In this document: positions 47,049 to 61,561 of the stretch, piece after piece
Layout: each line of letters begins with the position of its first letter
How positions within the stretch are numbered: the first letter of the stretch is position 1
DNA from: Schizochytrium sp. TIO01
Taxonomy: Eukaryota; Protista; Bigyra: Labyrinthulomycetes
NCBI GenBank assembly: GCA_004764695.1
Contig: SMSO01000006.1
Coordinates: forward strand, 1,627,859 to 1,691,858
Length of the DNA stretch: 64,000 nucleotides
Reading direction: 5' to 3'
Made by a program: the position numbers and the translations under genes
Notes under the pieces: model-generated
Told to the model about the DNA's origin: nothing
The model's database searches: none
Seen by the model: the letters and a program-made list of their open reading frames with translations, nothing else

Positions 47049-50000
47049 ACGATCATGATCTTCAGAAAAGTTCTTTTTCCACTTTCTTCGAATGAGAGAA
47101 CGTTGATTGAGCATTTTTTCAATATTTTGTTTTTTAAAGGTGATTTAAAAAAATAACAATAATAAGAGTGAGTCTTTGAACATTACCCTGGAAAACTAAT
47201 TTATCTTCAAATTTTAAAATTAAAATTTATAAACGAGCACTTTTAAAACGTTTTTTCTTCGAATGAATAAAAGTAATCAAGAACGACAACAGAAAAAATC
47301 GCATTAAATACATGTTCCATTAAAAACACATATAAAGGCTTCTTCTTTACTACATTGAAAAACCAAAAAGTAGGTTTTATATGCTTCGCTGCGAAAAGTA
47401 ATCAAATCAATCCGCATCGATTGTTTAAAAAGGAGCGGAACACTTCTTCTTCGAGGAAATCGGGCAGAACTCCCAACCCAGGAGACGTAATATACAAATA
47501 GCAAACCCTTCGTGCTCTTCCGCTTCTTTCCGGCAGGATTCCTTCCTTCGCGCTCTGTTTTATTCCCTCTAACCCCTTCTCCACCTCCCTCTTGAGCTCA
47601 AACTTCGCGTCTTCCGAGTCAAGTTTATCGTCCAAACTCGAACGAGCTCACTAAACTTCATTGATTCATCCGCTCGCTCGAATCGAATAGGATCCTACTC
47701 CAGGTCTCCCACGACCCCCTCGGTACACACCCATGGCTAGCGCACCATTGGTGAGTCCTAGAGGTCTCGCTTCCTCTGCGATTCCACTATCTATGATGGA
47801 TCCATCCATTTATGTCTCTGTGCGAAAGGACCTTCTTCTTCACGGACTCCGGAGCAAGCGACGGCGGGCTGGCGGAAAGACCCTCTAAGCCGGCTCAGGC
47901 TGGGATCAAGGCGGTCTAAGGCCAACAGGCCAGCGCTTGCCTGCGCCTGCAGGCGAGTAGTGACTCTCTGCCGCGGGGGCGTCATTAGGGTCTCAAGGCC
48001 ACACTGTGGAAGTCCAGCGGTGCTGCTGTTGATGGGGCTCAGGATTTTCAACGCGCAGCGATTCCTGGAAGAGGGTAGGAGTCACCTAGGTGCCGGTAAT
48101 ACCCGCGGCGCCTCCCTATGGCTTTGCTTTTGCGTTGAAAGTTTTCGTAGTACTGAAGAAGAAGAAATGGGATGAGAATGATCAGAGAAAGTCAAAGTCA
48201 AAGTCAAAGTTCGAAGAAGTCGAAGAAGTCGAAGAAGAAGATGATGATACCTGCGATCGACCTCAGGACTTTAGATGGGTGACGACGGAGAGAACTGGAC
48301 CCCTCGAGGAAAGTTTCCAGCGAAGTCTTTAGGTTTGCGATCTTGGGTTTAGGCACCGGCACTTGCAGAAAGCCCTTGTCTTTTGAAACCTCGAGCCTTG
48401 GCCATCAGTTCAAGAGATCACTTCGAAGAAGCTAATAAACATGCAAATACGCAAGCAAGCGATCAGCTGAGGCTTTCTTTGGCACGTCGGCAATAAATAA
48501 GCTCTCAAGGCTCGACGTCGCTGCAAAGGATCTCTCTCTTTTCGTGTTTTTCTAAGCTGCCCCGTGCTGCGTTTGTGAAGCTGATGCGAGGAAGCCCCTC
48601 GCCAGCTCCGTGCCAGGCAAAGCCAAGCCGAGCCGAAGCCCTCAGCGGCCAACTCGAAGATGAAGATCGCCGTCGCTTCGCATCTGAAGCATCTAAAGCT
48701 TGCAGATTCATTCATTCATTCATTCATTCATTCCTCTGGAGCCCTGGTTCGTTGTGCTTGTTGTGGGAGCGAGCTCTGTTGAACAGCTCAGGCAGACGGC
48801 ACCGAGAGTATGCATAGCATACATCTTGTAAGCTCGTGGCACCGGTGGGCTGAGGTTTGCACGTGGTGGGCTGCCTTTAGCTTACTCCGTAATTCTTCGT
48901 GGGCCTTTGCTAAAGCCCGGGAGATGCGTCTTCTGATACCGAAGCCAGCTCAGGAGCTGAGTTCTTCAGCTGTTTGGCAGAAGTGATTGATGCCAATCAA
49001 TGCCTTTGCCCCATTTCCTTTCGTTTCGTTTTATGTGGTTTGGTTTTGTGTTGTGTTGTGTTGTGTTGTGTTGTGTTGTTTTACTTCGCACGGTTCTCAT
49101 GCCAAGGTTCCTATGAAATCGACAGACGAGCGACGGGCCAGCTCAGGCTCGGGAATTATGCGCAGCCATCATATTTGTAGGACTCGACAAGACAGATTGG
49201 CTGTCGAGGTGAGGAGCGCAGAGCAGAATTCAGGTGCCGCTTCAGGGCAGCAGCGGAGTAGCAGAAGAGGAGGTCTAAGGCGCCCACCGTTAGGGCTTGG
49301 TCTCCACTTGTCATGGCTTTAGGTTTCTTTCTCCTGCTCAAGTTCCTGGTCTTTTCAATTTCGCAGAGAAGAGAAGAATTTTTGTTTTTCTCTCGAGGTT
49401 TCCTCCTTTCGTGGCCTCATAAACAAAAACTTTAGGAGGAACAATTAAGCGCACTTAGACTAGTAATTTTTTAATTCATTTTTTTTTTAAATTAAATTAA
49501 TAGATATTAGGTCCTACTGGTAGCAGTAATATCTGCTTTGTTTCTTCTATGAACATTATATTTCATTTAGCAAAATTTACTGCAGTTATCATAATTTATT
49601 TTAACCTAAAAGACGAAAAGGGAAAGCTGCTTGGGAATAATGTTGGAAAGGCAGCCCCGAGCGATCAGAACACTGGGGCCTTTTGCAGGCTCGCAAGCTT
49701 AATCTTGGCTGCCTACGTCAATAGCGCAAAAAATACATGCGCCTGCCCTCCTACGAGAGTCAATTTTAAGAGAATACATCACCAAACTTCTAAATTCACG
49801 AGAGCATCTTACCAACTACTGTTCTCCTTTAATCCTCCCACATCTATCCACCCGTCTCCACACGGCCCTTTGAGTTGCCTTCACTGCGTATTTTTATTTT
49901 TCATGCTGCTGTGAAAGCTCTTAGTGTTATCACTGTGTACCCTCGCAAATCAACTTTCACTAAATGTTGGAAAGCTCTTCGATATTCGCTGCAGCTAAGC

Positions 50001-53000
50001 AAATAGAAGAGACTGTACAGGAGATACCAAAGACTCGTCGCGGAGCGAGTCCTGTCGCCTTCTTTACCGTCGTCTTTCTGCCGTCCCGAAGGCCTTTGCA
50101 ACGGAAATCCACAGTGTCGAGGTACTAAAATGACTCCTCTCAAGTGTAATCTTGTACCTCTACTCAAACTGATTGTATTCCTACGTGTTTGAGTATGCAC
50201 TAGTCCTCTCATGGGTTGTTTGTTTGTTTGTTTGTTTGTTTGTTTGTTTCCTTCTTCTTCGTGTACACATTGATGCATAATTTTAATTAAATAAAAGTAA
50301 AAGGTAATAAAACAGGAGAAGAACTTGGGCAAGTTGAACGCGAAGAAAGAACTGATAACTCGTGACCACTCTATTTGTTTACTTGCGATCATCCACAACA
50401 GCGATCCTTATCAGCGAGTAGAAGGCGCTCATCTCGCTTTGTAGCAATCGCCACGGGTTTGGGTCCTCTTGCAGCCACATTGAGCACCTTAACAAACAAA
50501 CTTGGACGCGGCGCCGTAAGCTTCGAGTGTAAGGCGCTTGCACGGCTGCGTGGGTACTAAGTAGTAACAAGTGGTCACATTTGGACGAATGGTGGGTTTA
50601 CAGAGCTCCCTTGACGACTTCTTTTTCAGCAACAAGAAATCAAATCGCAATCCTCATCCTCTCGATGAATACCGAATGCAAATGAATCAATAATGCTCGA
50701 GGACATGTGAGGTATTCCATTCGGATTCTTGTCGATTTGCTGGTCAAAATGAATGCTCGTGGCCTTCCTTGCACGTTGCGAGCGCGAGAAGAGCTCTCCG
50801 TCGGCTGGCCCATTCGTTTCACCAAGTGCTCCTGCTGAAAAGCACGAAGCCGTGCTGCATGTTTTTCACGTGTGCCACTAAGTCCACGGCGATGCCGGAG
50901 AAGGACCCGAGCAGCTCGAGCAGCATTCCGCAGTGCAAAGACATGCTGCCGACCAAGACATCTTCTTGAAGAGAGAGAGGGAGAGAGAGAGCAGCAGCAG
51001 CAGATAGATCTCGAAGATACCAGAGGGCGTCAGAATGAGCGCACTGTGCAGATTGAGGAGCAGCACATCGAGATACATCGCGTCTTGCCAATCGCCAATG
51101 GCGCTTCTGCTTCTGCTTAGTCTCGTGGCTCTTATGTTTTTTGTTGTTTTTTTTGGTTTTTTAATGGAGGAAAATCGACGCGCAGCACAGCAGAAGAACA
51201 CCTTGTAACTGACAGCAGACAAATCGTTCCTTCGTGCTTGCTGGGAGCGACAGGCTCTGCAAGAAAGCATGCGTGGCAGCAGTTGACGCTCGTTCGCGCA
51301 GAGTGGAGAGTAGAGTTGCGGTGCGATGCAATTCATTTTACACGGTACTTTAACTAAAATGCTGTCGCCTCAAGGTCCAACCCACCCATTTGGAGTGCTA
51401 CTAGACCATACGCTGCATATGTGTAACCACTATTTTCTGGTTAGAACTTTAGCTCAGCTGCTACGTTGCGCTGTGTGGTGGAGGTGGTGGCTTGCTCCTT
51501 CACACAACTATCCCCACAGCGGCCATGATATGCTGATTAGGGATGTAACCCCTCACAGCGGCCTGCTGAGAGTACCCACACTCCTCCTGTAAGGTCGGTT
51601 AGCCTGCACAGTTTTCACTTAGGTAGAGTAGTCTTTCGTATCCCTTTCTTCCATTTACTATGGCAATCAGTAGACCCAGTTTGTGTCTATCATTATTGTT
51701 TGAATGTCTTTTTATTTATTTAAATTAAAAAAAAAAAAATAAACAATAAAAGCGAAGCTCCTCTGTCTTTCTGCCCAGTTGAAGCCAAAAGAAAAGGGGA
51801 AGCAAGGAAGGCGCGGGCTGCTTTGAGGTAAACAAGAAGCCAGGGAAAGCTACGTCGGTGTAGTGGCAAGCCTCTGAGCCCTTTTTCTGTTTGTCTGAAT
51901 TGTCTTTTTCTTTTCTTTTCTTTTTTGGTAACTCTGGCATGGCTATAGACAGACTTCTTGTTGCTATGTCATAAACACATGACTAGGTTATCTATTTTAG
52001 GCCTCTTCGGTGGTCCCATTGAGTGGGGTTTAAATAGGAAAGGATTGATTCTAACTTTCAGTTTAATGGGGTGAAAGCCTTGAGGTGCGCCGCATGTGAC
52101 TTAAGCGATTGGACAGCAAGAGAAGCAAAGAGCGTAAAATAGGTTATTTTATTTTTATTCTTTTAAATTAAAAACGATAGTAGGTGTCTGAGCATTTTTT
52201 GTTCTTGTCAATTTGTCAATTTGTATTTTTTAGGGGGAGGGGGGCTGGAAACGGAAGGACGGCAGTTAAGTTGCACGAGTTCGAGAGACCTTGAAACGAG
52301 GACCTTTCCACCAACCACTTTTGTTTTAGTTTGTTTCGAGTTGGTTGTAGGATGGTGACTTAAATAAACCGAAACGCGAAATGTTAGGCATCGATCGATA
52401 CTTTCTCTTTTTTTTTTTCTTTTTTTTTTCTTTTTTTTTCTTCTTTGTCTCCCTCTCTCTTGTTATTTTAAGAATAGCCTTTTCAACATATTATATTTAT
52501 ATATTTTTATTAGTTTTTTTTTTAATAGAAAAGACTCTGCCATTAAAATGATGAAAAAAGAAGGATTGAATGATCTACCTTCGTTCGAAATAAGAAATTT
52601 TTATTTATTTATTTTTTTCAAATGAGCTTCTCGACGCGTCAAAACGATCCGTCCAAACTGTTCTGGCACAACTGAGTCCTATCGAACACCTCGCATTCAT
52701 TATCTTCCCTTATTGGTCTGTTATTCCCGTTTCTTCCCTATTGCTTGTCAAACTCCTTTTTCCAAGTGCTTTTCCGAATGAAATTGATACCCAAATATCG
52801 ATGACGATTGACTGACTGAAGTTTGAGTATTCCTTGAAGCTTAAAATGCTCTGCCCGAAGAAGAACACGATCAGGATTGATCACCTTTCGCTCCTAATTC
52901 GGCACTCCGCATCGTCTTCTTCATACATATACAGTAAAAGGACAGAACAACCCTTTGTGCATTCATTTTCACGCCCACACCATAACGAAATGCATTCAGT

Positions 53001-53562
53001 TCCATTCATCCATCCATCCATCGATCAATCAATCAATCATTACCTTCAGAATCAATCGCACAACGCCGCCTACACAGTGACTCTACACACTGCTGTTTCA
53101 CAGATAACGATCAAGTACAAATGAAAAGAACCGGGACTTCTTTCTCTCTCTCATTTCGCTCACCGGGTAGTTGCTACCAAAGAATGAATCCCCATTGATC
53201 TCTAACCCGTTTTCTTTTCTTTTTTAGTTCTTTTAAATTAAAAATACTATTTAGAAAGCCTTTTATTTTAAAAATAATAAAAACTAATAAAAACTTGCAC
53301 CGCTGTGCCCTTTTTCTCATTTTATCTTCAACAACTGACATCTTTGCTTCGTGCCTATCCGCAACAGGTCAAAGTGCATCTTCGCAGACCATCATCCTCG
53401 AAAGCAAGCAAATCAACCCAAACCAAAGCGAAGCGAAGCCTGTCCTCGATGCCTGTTTTGCTGCTGCTGCTGCTCTCGGCCCACGGCCCATCGCGCTCGT
53501 TCTTTCGCTGCGTCTCCGCATCCCTCCGCTGCCTCGAGTTAAATTAGTTTGCGTTTGTTTGC

Positions 53563-53988
53563 GTTTGTTTGTTTGTTTGTTTGTTTGTTTGTTTGTTTGT
53601 TTGTTTGTTTGTTTGTTTGTTTGTTTGTTTGTTTGTTTGTTTGTTTGTTTGTTTGTTTGTTTGTTTGTTTGTTTGTTTGTTTGTTTGTTTGTTTGTTTGT
53701 TTGTTTGTTTGTTTGTTTGTTTGTTTGTTTGTTTGTTTGTTTGTTTGTTTGTTTGTTTGTTTGTTTGTTTGTTTGTTTGTTTGTTTGTTTGTTTGTTTGT
53801 TTGTTTGTTTGTTTGTTTGTTTGTTTGTTTGTTTGTTTGTTTGTTTGTTTGTTTGTTTGTTTGTTTGTTTGTTTGTTTGTTTGTTTGTTTGTTTGTTTGT
53901 TTGTTTGTTTGTTTGTTTGTTTGTTTGTTTGTTTGTTTGTTTGTTTGTTTGTTTGTTTGTTTGTTTGTTTGTTTGTTTGTTTGTTTGT
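53563..53988. repeat. (GTTT)n microsatellite, about 106 perfect units
   Basis: About 426 bp uninterrupted run. Confidence 0.98.
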
Positions 53989-54574
53989 CTGAGTCCTAGC
54001 ACTCGCAGCAAGCTGGCCAGAAACCAGGAGCAACAGCGGCTCCCTCGAGATTGTCAACGCCTCCTTCGCCGCCACAGCCAGGTCGCTGCGCAGGCCGCGC
54101 TCCACTGCTACACAGTGTCTGCGCAGCACTGACTCGCGCCAGAGCCACTTGAGTCCTTCAGAGCGGCGGGCATCGCCGTCGAAGCCACGAGCACACAGAC
54201 TGATCGACTGACAGACTGACTGACAGACAGGCAACGATGGATTGCTGAGCTCAACGATTTGATGGATCATTGCGCTGCATTGCAATCGTTGCAATCATTG
54301 CAATCATTGCATTGGAATCGATGGTGATGAACGACGGATATTGCTGAGAAGCTTGAAGCGTCGAGCTTCGATTGGACGTCGCCGTGGGTACGTACGTACA
54401 TTGATGGCACTCCTGAGCTCCTGAGCTCTTGAGCACATCTACGTCCATGAGCACTCCGCTCTGCTCTGCTCATTCATGCTACGATGGCAGGGGTCAAAAG
54501 ACGCAAAGATAGAAAGCAAAGAAAGCGAAGAAAGCGACGCTTTGAGTTTCGCGTGGAGTTTGGCGTGGCTGCGC

Positions 54575-54575
<1 letters not shown>

Positions 54576-54671
<96 letters not shown>
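54576..54671. repeat. (GATT)n microsatellite
   Basis: Perfect run of 24 units. Confidence 0.97.
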
Positions 54672-55641
54672 TTGAGTCGCTCGTTCACTACGGCTTTCAA
54701 GCGCCTCCGTCGTTGGCGCTCTTAGGGACCACGAGGAGGGAGATGGATGGATGGACTCTGCGTATGACTGATACACAGGGGTGGTCGCGGGGTTGGTAAA
54801 CCGCCCAAACGGCCATGAATACGAGGGAACCGGGAGCGTCAACTTTTCCACCGAAACCTCCCCTTTTCCCTGGTTTTCTCGCATTGTGGTCGTGGTTGTT
54901 GCTGCTTTTGTTGTTGTGTTATTTATCATTGGTTTGTTTTCATACTTGAGTTGCCTGCTTTAGTTTTGATTTTAGTTTTAGTTTGATTTTTTTTTAACTA
55001 AATATAATAATAAAATAAAATGAATTGAATTGAGTTGAATTTTAATGAATTGAATAAATTGAGTGAGCGAGTGGAGAATAGGTAGAAAATTAACTTCTTT
55101 AGGTAAAAGTCTGTTGCTCATAACGAGCGACTGTTGGTCCAAGCTACTATCCTTCTTCTTCTTCTTCTTTGGCTTATCTGTTCCCTAGCGAGAGTGCGTG
55201 CCTCCTGGCCAAAGCTTTTCAGCTTCGCTGTGTACTTCCCTGCTAATGGCCTCTCCTAGGACTCTCGGAATTCAAGTTTACACGGTGATCTGCAGGAAAG
55301 AGAGATTGAGCGAGTCTAATCGCCGATACACACATGACCCCGCCCGTCTCCTCTCCGTTCTCCAGAAAGACAGGCTCGCTCAGGCAGGCAGGCCCTTCTC
55401 GCCCTCCCTTATTAGGCGTCTCGGCCAGCGATCGCGGTCGAACCTGATTCGATGACCGGAGATGATGAGGGTTTCTTCGACTGATTCTCTTCTTCTGCCG
55501 GTTTGGCCGATCGTTTGGAGTTCAACTGTAGAGTAGAAAGAATCGATCGCGCTTTTCTTTCGTTCTTTCGTTCTTTCGTTCTTTCGTTCTTTCGTTCTTT
55601 GAAGCAGGCGAAGGCAGGGAAAAACCTCGCCTCGACGGAGC

Positions 55642-55688
<47 letters not shown>

Positions 55689-58600
55689 CGCTTGCCCGAT
55701 CCAGCAACCTAGCAAACCTGTGAGACTGTGAAGAGCGCAGTAATCTGAGCTCGTGGGTCTCCGAGGCCATGCGCTTTCGGCCGGCAACGAAGCCGCGTCT
55801 GCGCAGAGCAGAGTCGAGCGAGAGAAAGCAGCGCGAGAACGCATTGGCTGCCGGCACAAGGGGAAGAAGGGGGTGAAAAACTTGAGAGGCATGATCTCCT
55901 AGTAGGCTTTCAGCTGCGGGGCTGTCCGCGACGCCGCCCCTCGGAGCGCGTCAAAATGGGTGTGGAGGAGAATCACGCACAGCGTCAACTGTGGGGCCCA
56001 CTGTGAAGCTGCGAGACAAATCCTACCGACGCCAGCCGATGCCGCGCAACGACGGAGAAACCCGCCTCTTCTCTTTTTATTTATTTTAAAGTTTACATTT
56101 TTATTTAAAAAAAAAATCCAAAAAAATCAGAGGTTTCCTCCCTCTGCCGAGGCCTGCGCTCGCTCTGGCACAGATTACGGCGTATGCGGAGGGGAAGGCA
56201 CCGCTTAGAGCTGCTGGAGGGAACAGGTATATGGCTGCTTTAGACGGCCTGCCATGGACAGAGAGCGAGCAATGGCGATGGTTATGTATTCATTTATCTT
56301 GTATGCTTATTTTTATTTAACCTTGAAAGAAAATAGTATTTGGAGTTTCAGTGTTAGAACCTTTTCAATTGGGTAAATGTACATAATTATTTATTTATGG
56401 TGTTTTAAAATTATTTTGATTCTATATATGTCAGCGTTTTCTTCTTCCTTTCTGTAATATGTTTAAAAGAGATTTTGTTTTTAGTTCCCAACAATGTTTC
56501 TCTCAAATGAAAAAATAATGTGGAAAGAAAAACACTTTCTTTCAAGAAAAAGAAAAAGAAGAAGAACATGAAGAAGAAGTCAAATGGCGAAATAATAAAA
56601 ATGGAACAAAGTCCCTGAGTCTCAGAGAAAAGGAAGTGCTTGACCTACGACTTGACATGACAGCATCCAAAGAAACCTGCGTACATTGGGTTCAATAAAT
56701 TGCTCTTATACAGCAGATACTATCTCTATTAGTACTACTACTTCTACTACTAAGGCCGACTCAGGCAGACTCAGCAGAAGAGAACCAACTCAACTCAAAG
56801 AGCTCTTGACTCGCCTGCTGCTGTTGATTATACAGACACAGCTCAGCCTCGAGCCTGTTCTTGCAGCCAGGCCAACGCAGGTGGACCAGAGAGAGTACCT
56901 TAGCTCAAGTTCACGACTCATATTCGATTGAGGTGGATTGTGATGCATTTGGATTTACTGTTGCTTCTTCAATTTGTGCTTGGAATTCGGTACACACCTG
57001 CTGCTCTCCATATAGCAAGAGCAGCTACTAATCGAGAACGGCGCCTTTGAGACAGAGCTTCCTCGCGTATAAGCGATGGTCCCGGTGCCACTCGGCCGTT
57101 GCGACGGCAGCAGCGGCGGCTTCCTTCGAGAGGGCGCCCGTGCCCCAAGGTTTCCTGCTTCATATCCACGGCCATCGCGGCCTTCCTCTTGAAAGATACA
57201 AGTCCAATCTGAAGCATCGCGATCGCGCCTCTTTGCTTATCCGTGAAAAAGTATATATATGACGATGATACGTATACAATTTTCATTTTGCATTTTGCAC
57301 ATATGTACGTACTTACTTCTAATTACTATATACAGTATAGGAAACGAAAGAATAGAAAGGCTTCAATTGTTCTGATTGATTGCCTTAATTGGGTTTCTCC
57401 CTTTGCGTTCTTGGGATTGCGAGTCTGCGCCTTCAGGGCTTCGTTTGCTCGGGAACGCAGCGAGGAGCGGAAAAGCGCGGCGGCTTCTGAGCACACGGAG
57501 GTTTGCAAGGCCTCAGGCGAGGGGAGGCCAGGTTCACGTGCAACACGCACGAGTTCACGCGGAGGGCTGAGAGTCAAAGAGCGCGGGGAGCGAAGAAGCA
57601 GGGAAGAGGAAGGAGGGGAGGATCTCTCGAAGAACGGCGGCGGAACAGGAGCGCACGAGAAAGAAAGAAAGAAAGAAAGAGAGAAAGAAAGAGAACACCC
57701 CAAAAAGAACTGCAACAGCACAATATGGCTCCTCCTCCTTCTTCTTGTTCTTCTTCGTCTTCTCTCTCTCTTTCTTTCGAGTTATGAAATAGGCGAATCT
57801 GAAGAAAGAGCTCAATAGCAACAGCGGCAGTGGCAGCAGCAGCGGCAGCAGCAGATACGGGTGATTCCGCCGCCACTGTGTAAGGCTGCTTTAGGAGAAG
57901 AAAGAAGAGCGAAAGGAAGGAAGGAGAAACCAGCTAAGGAAATTAATTTCCACTGTGGAAGGAAGGAAGTCTTCTGACTGATCAGATGTCTTTGTAATTA
58001 TTTAAATTAAAATACTTAATTAAAAGAAAAAAGGTTATAATTATAATTATATCAAAGAATGGAAAATGAAAGAAGGGTAGAGAAAACTTTTTGAGTGAGT
58101 GATTTGGCAAAGGGAGCGAGGGCAAGTGCAAAGGCTCAAGCCGGGGCTGTCAGGCCGACGGACGTGCAAGCAACAACGCTGTGTGGTCCTGTGTAGAGCA
58201 GCTTTGAACGCTTCGACAGCCGCCCTCTGTCCGTGCTCGTGGCCGTGTCATGGTATTATTTCACCTGTTTGGCTGTTTTATCTTGGCGGCCTTTACAGTG
58301 GACTTGCTTTCGAGTGGTGCTCCTTTTCAGTTAGTTAGTTAGTTAGTTTGTTTGTTTGTTTGTTTGTTTGTTGGTCTTTAACTTTTTTTTCTTTTTTTAA
58401 ATGAAATAGGTTATTTCTTTCTGTTTTCGTCATTTCGTAGAATGAAAAGAGCAAAGAGAAAGAATAAAAGAAGGAGATGGATGGTACCAAGCAACCAAGC
58501 AAAAGCAAACAGAACGAGAAAGTTCTCGTCGGATGGGGCGTGGGATAATCCGATTCTTTGCAGTTCAAGGCTCCGCAGGAAAGGGCTGGGGGCACAAGCG

Positions 58601-61561
58601 CATCGTTGCTGCGTACAGGGCTGCTCTTCGCTTAGTAGCAGACAGCCCCTTCAAGCAAGTTGAGTCCAGCTTGGCCCTTAGCTTCTTTCTGCCGCGGCAT
58701 TCCTTTTTTCCCTTCCCCCCTTTTTTTCAAACTTTTCCTCGAAATACTTTTTTATTAATCAAGTTCAATATTGTCCTTCTTCTTCTTCTTCTTTGGGTAA
58801 AATTGGCATTTCAGACTTTTCACTTACTTACCTCTTAAGTGTTCACGATTTCTTTCATGCCCTTGCTCTTTCTTTCGCGAGTGGAAAGAACACGGCATTG
58901 AATATCTCTCCCCACTGTTCAAAGTCGTTTACATTTTATGAAAATAAAGATGAATAAAGGCAAGGCTGTGAAAAAGAGAAGCAACCACTCACTCACTCAC
59001 TCACTCACTCACTCACTCACTCATAGAGTCGATAGCTCGCACTCACTCCCTCTCTCACTTGCCCACGTTTTGCTTCCTAGTTTCATCCTTTCTCTTACTC
59101 GCTCGCTCACCGCCCTCCCACCAACTTACTCGAAGGCAATCTTATCTTTTCAGTGTCTGTCCTTCTTTCGAATAATTCTCTTCCAAAGCGCCAAACTTTG
59201 GACGAATCGCCACAATTCAAAAAGCTTTTTTTTTTTTGCTTTTTTTTAAAAATCAAAATTGATAATTGTTTTTCGTTTTAAAACTACGGTACTTCACAAA
59301 TAGTATTTCCCTATTTATTGATTGATTTTAATAAATTTATATGAACCTCAAAACAAACAGACAGGCACATCTACAAAACAGAAATAAAAGAAGAGTGAAT
59401 TAAATAACAAGTGTAATAATTAAATAATAATAATAAATAATAATAATAAAGCACTAAATAAACAGAAAGAAAAGAAGAAAAAAAGAAGAAAGGAAGAAAG
59501 GAAGGAAGGAAATAAATTGTATAAATTAAACAAACAAAGAAGCGAATCATATCAATATTATCAAAGGCAAGAACATCAACAAATCGATATTATTCTTCCT
59601 GCGCCGTCCAGCAAACCCCAAAGCCCTCGCACCATCACCGCCAGCCCAGCATCACAGGCGCCCGGCAGACCAGCCGAAGACGCGAACATCAGCAGCGCGA
59701 GCAGCAGCACGAGCAGCAGCGCCAGAAGCTTCTGCTGCCTCTTCGCTCCCGCGCGTCGCCGCAACCGTGCGTAGACAGTGAGTGGTGTGGTCGATTCGAT
59801 CACTCCCGAAGAGCTCGATCCCAAGCGGCTTGTACAAGCCAGGATAAAACGACAGCGAGCAGCCGCCGCAGTGCAGGATAGCGCGGCGAGCGAGCGAGTG
59901 AGCAGCAAGAGGATTTAGTCGAACTCGAGGAGGCCGCGTTGACGCCGAGGAGACGCAAGGCCCGAGCAGCAGCATTCGCTCTGCAGCACAGTCGGCGAGA
60001 CGGATTTTCTTTCAAGAACAACTCAAAAGTGCTATAGCTCCGCGTAGGATCCTTCTAGTCCACCTTTGAATTCTTCGAGAGATTCGTGTTCAACGTTGAC
60101 TTCTTGTTCTTCTTCTTCTTCTTTACAAACATCCATACGTGCGAAGGTACATACACAGCCAAAGCAAGCAAGATCGTCGTCAACCAGCAGGTTGCAAGTG
60201 GTCACAGCTAGAGAACTCCAAGTTGGTTTGGGGGTCCCGAAGGTCAATTCTTGTTTTTTCAAGCGAGATTCCTGTCTCTCTCTCTCTCTCTGCTTCTTTC
60301 CAACTTCTGCGTTTAGTTGTTTGTGCTTTCTTTTTCTTTTCTTTTTTGTTTGAAAAGAATAGAAGAGAAGAGAAAGAAAGAAAAAAAAGTAAGTCTAGTC
60401 TAGTCTAGTCTATAGTCTATAGACTTTCAGATCTATAGTAGTTCTAGCAGAGAAGGTTGGTGCGTTCATTCTTTTCTCTTTCCCTTCTTTCTTCTTTCTT
60501 TCCTTTCCACTGAGGTCTTATTATTATTCGCCTGTTTTCGGTTTGCTGGTAACTTTGGGGAAAAGCCGCAGCAAAACTTGAAGGTATTAAGTGAAGTGAA
60601 TTGGCACAGAACAGTCTCTCGTCATTGCAACGAATCAACGCTGCACTGGTGGAAGAGAGAGACTATTGACACAGACGTCTCGCTCGCCCGACCAATCTAG
60701 AAGCTGCACAGCAAGAAGCGTTGTTGTGGAGGACTAGCATTTATTTTATCAATCAGCAACTGCGAGCGAGCGAGCAGCAGCAATCGAGGAGAAGTAAATC
60801 AATAAATAAACAAACAAACAGCGAGAGAAAGGTAACGTCTTTCACGGAGCACGAAGCAACAGCACACAGAGGAGCCTTCAGTGAAGAGGCGAGTCAAGAA
60901 ACGTGCTTTTGATTTAGCAAGCCTCAGTGACACATTGAAGAGTGTTCACCGGAAACAACGCAGTATCAAAAGAAAGAATATATAAGCGTTACGCCAGGCT
61001 GCTGTAGACCTGAGAGAGTGCGTGAGTTGCCAAGGACGTACACGTCGAGCTCGCTCACATCAGGCTACACAGCGGAAGAAGAGAGCAGTCGCAAAAGTAT
61101 TCGTATAACACACTTTGCCTTGCTTGCACTTTTGAGTCAACGTTACTTCCAGTAATACCTGTTACCAATACCGTAGGTGTACCGAAGCAACGAGGACGAA
61201 TTGAGTAAAGAGAAAAAAACAAAAAGGAGGCACGATTTTAACAACACAGCGGTGTTGAGACAAAAAAAACAAATCTGAGAGAGACAGAAAGGAGAATAAA
61301 AGCAAACGAGACATTGGGGGGACATTTTACCTCCTGGTTAGTAACAAACACCGCAAGTGGGTGGAGCAAATCTGAAATTGAGGCATTCCTGAGGCACCCG
61401 CTGCTAGTAGTAGTGCGCGAACGTATTGTTGTACTAACTAGTGTATCAAGTTCCAACACCTGACATAAACGACTTGTAAGGCACGGAGCAAAACCGAAAG
61501 GAAACAAAACTCTTGTCGATAACAAGCAATCGCATTTACGCAGCGCATATATAAAATCACA

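Noticed and set aside
29148-60912. ORFs in the inter-AP2 interval (NKQT, FVCL, NSIQF, ELHYR, SINQ repeats and others)
   Set aside because: They are translations of microsatellites or GC-rich stop-poor DNA. No domains or coding-like composition were seen, though small spliced exons cannot be excluded by eye.
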